Source: Flavobacteriales bacterium (GTDB taxonomy: Bacteria; Bacteroidota; Bacteroidia; Flavobacteriales; ECT2AJA-044). From it: a DNA stretch of 24,000 nt. The position numbers and the translations under genes are program-made. Below the pieces are notes generated by a model. The model was not told where the DNA came from. It saw nothing but the letters and a program-made list of their open reading frames with translations, and did not search any database. Location: positions 80,937-104,936 of the forward strand of contig JAGWBA010000008.1 in the NCBI GenBank assembly GCA_021296215.1, in the 5' to 3' direction. This document shows positions 18,337 to 24,000 of this stretch, piece after piece (position 1 is the stretch's first letter; each line of letters begins with the position of its first letter).

Positions 18337-19317
18337 ATGTTGATCAACGTTTTCAAAAATCAGAAGCCGGCCTCATCGGTCCTGACGCTTCTGATCTTTG
18401 CGCTTTTTTGGCTTTCGGACTGGTTCCTTCATCCGGTTGAAATTCAGCTGAGTGGTGGCATGCCGCTGTACATGTTGCTGGTTGAATTAATTGGTGACTC
18501 CCTGTGGGTTCATCAGATCGTTACCGGCATTATGATCTGGTTGGCGGCCATAAGCCTGAATGGTGCCGTTAACCGACAGGATATGTTCAAAAGCAAGAAC
18601 AACCTCACCCTCTTCTTTGTCATTTTCCTCATTTGTTGCATTCCGGAAGTGGTAAACCCTTCTCCGGCACTGTGGTCTTTGCCCTTTTTCGCGCTTTCGA
18701 TAAGGGAGTTGTACAAACTTTACTTTGACGAAGGCAGTTTGATGATCGCCCTCAACGCCAGTTTATTCTTATCGCTCAGTTGGCTTATGTACTTTCCGAT
18801 CATCGTGTTCTTTCCAATACTTTGGATTGCCATTCTCATTAACGGATACACCGATTGGCGACATATCACGGCCGTAGTGCTCGGTTTTTTGACTCCACCT
18901 TTTATCGCCTTTTCGGTATGGGTTTGGATTCCCGGACTTGTCGATTTGACCTCTCTGAATTATTGGACGGCCCTGCGAACGGGGCAAATTGATTTGACCA
19001 TCAGGCCCGCAAACTTACCGGTCATGATTGCAGTACTCATAACCGCGGTTACGGGAACGGTGGAACTTACCCTAAACCTAGGTAAAAAGAGGGTGAGTAA
19101 TCGGAAGAATTTCCTGCTGATGATCTGGGTCATCATTGCGGCATTACTCGGATTCTTCGTGAGTCCGGCAAATCAGTTTACGCATTTATCGGTTTTAGCA
19201 CTGCCCATGTCGCTGGTCATGGCCAACCTATTTTATTACCTCAAGAAACCACTTTGGACAAATTTGGTCATGGTTGCTTTGTTGGCAACCGCTTTGATTT
19301 CCGTGCTGGTGACCTAA
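18337..19317 (+). CDS. Polytopic inner-membrane protein of unknown function (about 9 TM; possibly DUF6427-like)
   Basis: 326-aa ORF that is almost entirely hydrophobic helices. The N-terminus MLINVFKNQKP resembles a Bacteroidota-specific membrane family I recall. No catalytic motifs are visible. Confidence 0.7.
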   Translation: MLINVFKNQKPASSVLTLLIFALFWLSDWFLHPVEIQLSGGMPLYMLLVELIGDSLWVHQIVTGIMIWLAAISLNGAVNRQDMFKSKNNLTLFFVIFLICCIPEVVNPSPALWSLPFFALSIRELYKLYFDEGSLMIALNASLFLSLSWLMYFPIIVFFPILWIAILINGYTDWRHITAVVLGFLTPPFIAFSVWVWIPGLVDLTSLNYWTALRTGQIDLTIRPANLPVMIAVLITAVTGTVELTLNLGKKRVSNRKNFLLMIWVIIAALLGFFVSPANQFTHLSVLALPMSLVMANLFYYLKKPLWTNLVMVALLATALISVLVT

Positions 19318-19338
19318 GGTTTTTGATATATTCGTTTT

Positions 19339-20946
19339 ATGGGGCAGCAGCCGAAAAAAGAGGACCTCGAAAAGGTCAAAGACAAGTTCTTCTCGAATGT
19401 CACTCACGAATTCAGAACTCCGCTGACCTTGATCTTGGGTCCGGTGGAGCAGATGTTGCGGAACGATCTGGACCCCCAAATGCGCCAACGACTGCTGTTG
19501 GTGCAGCGCAATGCGCTTCAATTGCAGCGGCTTATCGACGAACTCCTCGATATCAGTAAGATCGAAAACGAAGACGTGAAGGTCGAAGTTACCTATTCGG
19601 ATTTTGGCCGTTTTTTTCACGATCTCTTTGAATCGTTCCGTCCGATCGCCGAAGAAAAACCACTCGATTAACAATGGGAGGGTCCGACCGAGCAGATGGA
19701 TGTTTTCTTCGATCACCGTAAATGGCAAAAAGTGATCTATAACATTGGTGTCGAATGCCATTAAATTCACCGATGGCGGAGGCGGGGTGTTCGTGAGATT
19801 CGCCGAGATCGGCGATCATGTCGAACTGCAAGTAAGCGATACTGGTATCGGTATCGTCGAAAGCAAATTACCTTTCGTCTTCGACCGGTTCTACCAAGAA
19901 GAAACCCACGTACGCTTGTATCAGGGGACGGGAATAGGTCTCTCACCGGTCAAAGAACTCGTGGAGCTCATGGGCGGTACCATCACCGACGACAGCGTGA
20001 AATTCCAGGGGACCACCTTTACTGTAAGGTTTCCCGCCTTTCGGCGCGAAGCGGATCTTCCGGAGCAGTGGTTGGTCATCCCGCCGCAGGCGGCAGAAAG
20101 AATTGAGGACCACAAAGCCGAAAGTAAACGGAGAAGTGACGTACACCCCATTGTGGATGCACAGACCAAATCCGAAGATGCACCGCTGATTCTGGTCGTT
20201 GAAGACCACAACGAGGTGCGACATTTCGTGAAGGGGCTGCTCGACAAGGACTTTGAGGTCATTACCGCGCGAAACGGCCAGGAGGGATTGCAAATCGCAA
20301 TAGAACAGGTTCCGGACGTGATCGTAAGCGATGTTAATATGCCCGAGATGGACGGCTTTGAAATGGCTCGACTCTTACGAGAAGAGGATGTAGTAAACCA
20401 TATTCCGGTGATCTTTTTAACAGCGCGCGATGAGGATGTGGACCGCATGCAAGGATGGGAGGAAGGTGCACAGGCATACCTGACCAAGCCTTTTAACGAA
20501 GATGAACTGTTACAGGTGTGTCATAACATGCTGGAGCAGCGCGATCGTATGTACGCATACTTCAAGCGGGTGGTCGAGATCCAGAAAAAGAAGGACGAGA
20601 AAAAGTCACTGACTAAGTCCGAGAGTTTTTGCTTCGGATCCAACAGGTGGTCGACAAACATATCGACCGCAGCGATTTCGGCGTAGAAGAACTGAGTCAA
20701 GAACTGTACATGAGCCGCACGCAGGTGCACCGAAAGATCAAGGCGCTTACGGGCTTAAGTACCAGCATTTACGTTCGCAACTACAAACTGTCGAAATCCA
20801 TGACGATGCTGCGCGATTCCGATAAGTCGGTTAGTGAAGTCGCCTATGAGCTTGGGTTTAGCAGTCCGGCTTATTTCAGTAAGTGCTTTAGCGATTGGAG
20901 TGGAAAGTCGCCGAGTACCGTGCAAAAAGAACTGGCCGATGAATAG
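19339..20946 (+). pseudogene. Remnant of a hybrid two-component system (HisKA-HATPase_c-REC-HTH_AraC) with multiple lesions
   Basis: Three track ORFs are colinear pieces of one gene. ORF 19339-19671 carries the H-box (FFSNVTHEFRTPLTLI). ORF 19745-20686 carries the N/G boxes (LVSNAIKFTDGGG, DTGIGI, GTGIGL) and a receiver (LILVVEDH...VSDVNMPEMDG...LTKPF). ORF 20629-20946 carries an AraC HTH (YMSRTQVHRKIKALTG...VAYELGFSSPAYFSKCF). The lesions are an in-frame TAA at 19669-19671, an extra A near 19744 inside VIYN|LVSNAIKFT, and a T5 run at 20626-20630 that is one T short. The frame is closed by TGA at 19324-19326, only 4 codons upstream of the ATG at 19339 (the H-box histidine is codon 22), so no sensor domain remains. 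Confidence 0.8.
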
Positions 20947-21466
20947 GCTGTTCACGATATTCACTTTATTTCTCTGCCTCAGTGCTTGGTCGCAACCTAT
21001 TCTGTAAAGCACCGAATTGGACGACTCGGGCCGCGAATACATTATCGATGAATACCTCACCGTTTGGAAGGATACGTCCGGAATAAGAAACGCGCAGTCG
21101 GTATGGCTTCGGGAGCGAACCGGCTTTGTTCCCCTAACCAAATTCAATTTCGAATTGCCCTTGGATGGCGTTTACCGGATGTTCCTGAAATACGAGCCAG
21201 CGGACAATTTAGAACCCTACGTAACTTTTAACGGCACGTCCGCACACATGTACTATCGGAACGAATCGGGCCGCATCGTTGAATACACCGGTCCGAGTAC
21301 GGTTCGGCTTCAGCGAAGGAGATCGTCGGGGAGTCATTCCACCGATGTACAGGTATTTCAGTTGAAGGATTTGCCGGCGAAAGCGCAGTTCCTCCTCTTC
21401 TCGGTCACCTTTGATAAAACCGTGGCCGAACACGAAGAAATAGGGGGGGGGCGATACAGTGCTTGA
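20939..21466 (+). pseudogene. Detached N-terminal part of the cyclase locus: signal-peptide mini-ORF plus extracellular (7TMR-DISMED2-like) domain
   Basis: ATG 20939 encodes MNRLFTIFTLFLCLSAWSQPIL, then TAA at 21005-21007. The same frame continues STELDDSGREYIIDEYLTVWKD... (track ORF from TTG 21017) to TGA at 21464-21466. It is in frame with the 7TM-cyclase ORF at 21476. The DISMED2 assignment is tentative and rests on position and loose pattern only. Confidence 0.55.
21443..21451. repeat. G9 homopolymer tract
   Basis: Nine consecutive G (encoding GGG in the current frame) lie 13 nt upstream of the in-frame TGA at 21464. Confidence 0.95.
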
Positions 21467-21475
21467 TCCTATGAA

Positions 21476-22879
21476 ATGATCGATCTGATCGCAGGGCAAC
21501 AGAACGCCTTTTATACCTTCTTCGGAATTCTGGTCACCTTTTTACTGTACAATCTGTTTTTCCTAGTGCTCACGCGATCAAGTTCCAACATGTACTTCCT
21601 CATATACGTCTTAGCGGCCAAGGTACTACTTTATCAGCTGTTTAAGACCGATGTGCTCTTTGTTTCGGTAGGTGAAGGGCGCAGTCTCGGTGGCATATCG
21701 AACCGGCTGATCACCGTGGTCCTACTCCTGAGCTTCGGGGCGTTCACGACCACCTACATGAACCTCAAAGAGCGCATGCCCAAGATCCGGCAGATCATTC
21801 TCGGGCTCATGGCGATGTTCGTCCTGAACTTTTTCCTGTGGCTATTCAACCACGGCTTCGAAGAATCCATCCGCAACTTCAATGCGATCATGGCTTTGGT
21901 CATGTTCCTTTGCGCGGTCGTTGCCGCCGTTCGCATCTACCTGAGCGGGGTAAAGCACCTGCGATTCGTCATGCTGAGCTTTTCCGTTCTCTTCGTGTTC
22001 CTGTTCCTTTTCGGACTCGATTACTTCGATGTGGTGAACTCCAATTTCAATTTCTTCTTTACGGGCATCACCTCACAGATTTTTTTATTCGGCTTGAGTT
22101 TCGCCGATCGGTTCAATTTAGAGCGGGCCAAGTGCCTCGAAGTGCTCAGCAAGCAAAAGGTCGTATTAGAGCAGCGCGTAGCCGAGCGCACTCGCGAGAT
22201 CGTGGAAGAACAGCAAAAGGCGGAGGCTTTGTTGCTCAATATCTTGCCGGCGCAAACGGCCGAAGAACTCAAAGCCGAAGGGCGTGCACGCGCTCATTCG
22301 CACCAGAATTGCACGGTCTTGTTCGGAGATTTCGTCGGATTCACCACGATCGCCGAGCAGATGGAACCACAGGAACTGGTCGATTTGATCCATGAATGCT
22401 TCAGGGGCTTCGACGAGATCATCGATCGCTATCCCATCGAAAAGATCAAGACCATTGGCGACGCGTACATGTGCGTTTCGGGCTTGCACGAAAACGGCGA
22501 CCACGCCGAGGTGTTGGTGATGGCGGCACTCGAAATGCGCGATTTTATGGTGCGCCTACGGCGCGATAGGGAAGCTCGCGATGAGTTCTACTTCGACGTG
22601 CGGCTTGGTTTGTCTAGCGGGCCTGTCATAGCAGGGGTCGTGGGCACTAAGAAGTTTCAGTACGACATCTGGGGCGATACGGTAAATACCGCAGCTCGAA
22701 TGGAGCAAAACTCTGAAAAAGACCGCGTAAACATCTCACAAAGTACCTACGAGCTTGTAAATGACGTATCGTCCTTGTATTTTGAACCCCGAGGATCGCT
22801 GAAGGTCAAGAACAAGGGCGAAATGTTCATGTACTATGTTGATCGAACGCCATCACAAGAAAATGAAACATTGGTGTAA
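21476..22879 (+). CDS. 7TM-DISM receptor-type class III adenylate cyclase
   Basis: 467-aa ORF with seven predicted TM helices (first helix FYTFFGILVTFLLYNLFFLVL, typical of 7TMR-DISM_7TM). A coiled-coil linker (LEQRVAERTREIVEEQQKAEALLLNILP) follows. The cyclase domain has the metal-binding Asp residues (LFGDFVGFT, KTIGDAYM), the Lys (KTIGD) and Asp (YDIWGD) pair associated with ATP specificity, and TVNTAARME. Confidence 0.88.
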   Translation: MIDLIAGQQNAFYTFFGILVTFLLYNLFFLVLTRSSSNMYFLIYVLAAKVLLYQLFKTDVLFVSVGEGRSLGGISNRLITVVLLLSFGAFTTTYMNLKERMPKIRQIILGLMAMFVLNFFLWLFNHGFEESIRNFNAIMALVMFLCAVVAAVRIYLSGVKHLRFVMLSFSVLFVFLFLFGLDYFDVVNSNFNFFFTGITSQIFLFGLSFADRFNLERAKCLEVLSKQKVVLEQRVAERTREIVEEQQKAEALLLNILPAQTAEELKAEGRARAHSHQNCTVLFGDFVGFTTIAEQMEPQELVDLIHECFRGFDEIIDRYPIEKIKTIGDAYMCVSGLHENGDHAEVLVMAALEMRDFMVRLRRDREARDEFYFDVRLGLSSGPVIAGVVGTKKFQYDIWGDTVNTAARMEQNSEKDRVNISQSTYELVNDVSSLYFEPRGSLKVKNKGEMFMYYVDRTPSQENETLV

Positions 22880-22920
22880 ATGAAGCCCGTTCAGACCTGC
22901 GATCTTTAGTGCTTGTATCT

Positions 22921-23514
22921 ATGGCCGATTTTGAAGGAGCAAAAAAGCATATCCTCCGGCATCTCGAGGAAAACTTGCCAGAGCATTTGAGCTATCACAG
23001 CGTTGACCATACGTTGGACGTGTATGCTGTGGCTATGGATCTATCGGAGCACTATGGGCTCGATCCTGCCGATAGGCAGATACTCGCAACCGCCGCTTTG
23101 CTTCACGATGTGGGGTTCGTACTGACCTATGAAGGACACGAGAAAAAGAGTGTGGCTTACGCGCGCGAGGTGCTTCCCAAATTCAACTACAGCTCCGAGC
23201 AGATCGATCGAATCGCAGATCTGATCTTGTCGACTCAGGTGCCGCAAAGCCCGAAGTCCCAATTGGCGCGAATACTTTGTGATGCCGATCCGGATTACTT
23301 GGGCCGAAAAGATTTCTTTGTCACGGGGTCGCGACTCTTTCACGAGTTCAAGACCTTGGGGTTCGTAGGCAATGAGCAGGACTGGAACAAACTACAACAG
23401 CGTTTCCTCGAATCACACGATTACCATACCGATTATTCCAAAGAACGTCGGGAGCCTGTAAAGCAAATGCATTTAGAACAGGTTCGCGAGATTGTTGCAG
23501 CCTATGACGACTAA
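22921..23514 (+). CDS. HD-domain metal-dependent phosphohydrolase
   Basis: The track ORF starts at GTG 22909; ATG 22921 (MADFEGAKKHIL...) is the likelier start, giving 197 aa. The HD superfamily motifs are YHSVDHTLDV, AALLHDVGF and CDADPDYLGR. Confidence 0.8.
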   Translation: MADFEGAKKHILRHLEENLPEHLSYHSVDHTLDVYAVAMDLSEHYGLDPADRQILATAALLHDVGFVLTYEGHEKKSVAYAREVLPKFNYSSEQIDRIADLILSTQVPQSPKSQLARILCDADPDYLGRKDFFVTGSRLFHEFKTLGFVGNEQDWNKLQQRFLESHDYHTDYSKERREPVKQMHLEQVREIVAAYDD

Positions 23515-23547
23515 TTCTATCTTTGGGTCAAGATCAATCAGAACAAC

Positions 23548-24000
23548 ATGAGCAAAACTACTCTGGTCGTACAGCACGCTTTCTCCTCCGTCGCAGATAC
23601 GGCCCTGAACCACGCACTTTATATCGCCAAGCCGATGAACGGTAAGGTTGTATTGCTTCACATTCTAAAGAGCGACGCCGAGCGCGAAAGTGCCGAAGCG
23701 AAATTGAACGAAATTGCCGATCGCTCGCAAAGAGAAAGCGGTGTCGACGTTGAATTCTTGACCCATGTGGGTAGTATTTTCGACGATATCGGAAACATCT
23801 CACGCGACCTCGAGTCGAGCCTCATCATTATGGGAACGTACGGAATGAAAGGCTGGCAGTTCCTTACGGGAAGCAATGCCCTTCGCGTAATCAAAGACAG
23901 CAGCACTCCATTCATCGTAGTGCAAGTGCGTAAGATCGATAAAGGCGGATACGATGTGATCGTGCTTCCGATCGACCTCTCGAAAGAAGAAAAACAAAAG
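23548..24000 (+). CDS. Universal stress protein family (UspA), N-terminal 151 codons (runs off the right edge)
   Basis: It is absent from the track because there is no stop in the window. My translation from ATG 23548 gives MSKTTLVVQHAFSSVADTALNHALYIAKPMNGKVVLLHILKS...LIIMGTYGMKGWQFLTGSNALRVIKDSSTPFIVVQ..., a typical Bacteroidota Usp pattern. It lies 33 nt after the HD gene. Confidence 0.8.
   Translation, partial: MSKTTLVVQHAFSSVADTALNHALYIAKPMNGKVVLLHILKSDAERESAEAKLNEIADRSQRESGVDVEFLTHVGSIFDDIGNISRDLESSLIIMGTYGMKGWQFLTGSNALRVIKDSSTPFIVVQVRKIDKGGYDVIVLPIDLSKEEKQK

Noticed and set aside
18090-18356. 88-aa minus-strand track ORF between purD and the membrane-protein gene
   Set aside because: It overlaps the 3' end of purD and the 5' end of the 18337 gene and has no hydrophobic or other structure. 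The 54-aa ORF in a different frame (18292-18128) fits the gap exactly and looks like a real membrane peptide.
19228-20487. 180-aa and 188-aa minus-strand ORFs (19228-19770 and 19921-20487), plus the 116-aa ORF at 19943-20293
   Set aside because: They are antisense to the HisKA, HATPase and receiver segments, whose motifs are unambiguous on the plus strand. The 188-aa ORF is Ser/Thr/Arg-rich with no domain signature.
21443-21451. G9 tract as a classical ON/OFF phase-variation switch restoring a full-length receptor
   Set aside because: I translated the G8 and G10 versions, and both hit TGA codons within about 30 nt. No tract length of plus or minus 1 restores a continuous ORF. It is kept only as a weaker coupling hypothesis in the findings.
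21464-21466. In-frame TGA in the cyclase locus as a possible selenocysteine codon
   Set aside because: I see no convincing stem-loop (bacterial SECIS) immediately downstream. The position is a linker rather than a redox active site. The same locus also has an in-frame TAA, which selenocysteine cannot explain.
21838-22395. 185-aa Arg-rich plus-strand ORF overlapping the cyclase gene in another frame
   Set aside because: It has extreme Arg/Pro/Gly composition and overlaps the TM and cyclase motifs of the real frame. This is a typical off-frame artefact in a GC-richer stretch.
1-24000. Search for rRNA, tRNA, CRISPR arrays, transposases or integrases, IS inverted repeats, prophage genes or known defence-system genes
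   Set aside because: The intergenic spaces are short (mostly under 110 nt) and none folds into an obvious cloverleaf. There are no spaced direct-repeat arrays. No ORF shows DDE/tyrosine-recombinase, nuclease-helicase, TIR/SIR2 or RT-like motifs. I conclude that none is present, within the limits of inspection by eye.

Overview
This is a chromosomal segment that looks like Bacteroidota (Flavobacteriia/Cytophagia type). The taxonomic clues are two secreted proteins ending in the gliding-motility/T9SS type-B C-terminal domain, a hybrid HisKA-HATPase-REC-AraC two-component gene, TAnnTTTG-like -7 boxes and no Shine-Dalgarno sequences.

Most of the window is ordinary housekeeping:
- Minus-strand block, listed in transcription order: M17 aminopeptidase, pdxA, yceD, rpmF, fabH, accB, accC.
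- Plus-strand genes: a futalosine-type radical SAM gene, ribE, lepA, an acyl-CoA carboxyltransferase, a thioredoxin-like protein and purD.

The accessory content is of three kinds:
- Two large T9SS type-B cargo genes (6885-9500 + and 12180-10108 -). The second is translationally coupled to a small secreted protein of unknown function.
- A divergent pair of membrane proteins of unknown function (18128-19317).
- A same-strand signalling island from 19339 to the right edge: a decayed hybrid two-component gene, then a 7TM-DISM adenylate cyclase, an HD phosphohydrolase and a universal stress protein.

The most unusual property is the density of damaged reading frames. The M17 peptidase is frameshifted. 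ribE has its N-terminus out of frame and is about 15 codons short. The hybrid kinase is truncated and carries one nonsense codon and two frameshifts. The cyclase locus is one continuous frame cut by in-frame TAA and TGA codons.

I found no rRNA, tRNA, CRISPR array, transposase or integrase, and no recognisable defence system. All family assignments rest on motif recognition by eye; no searches were run.
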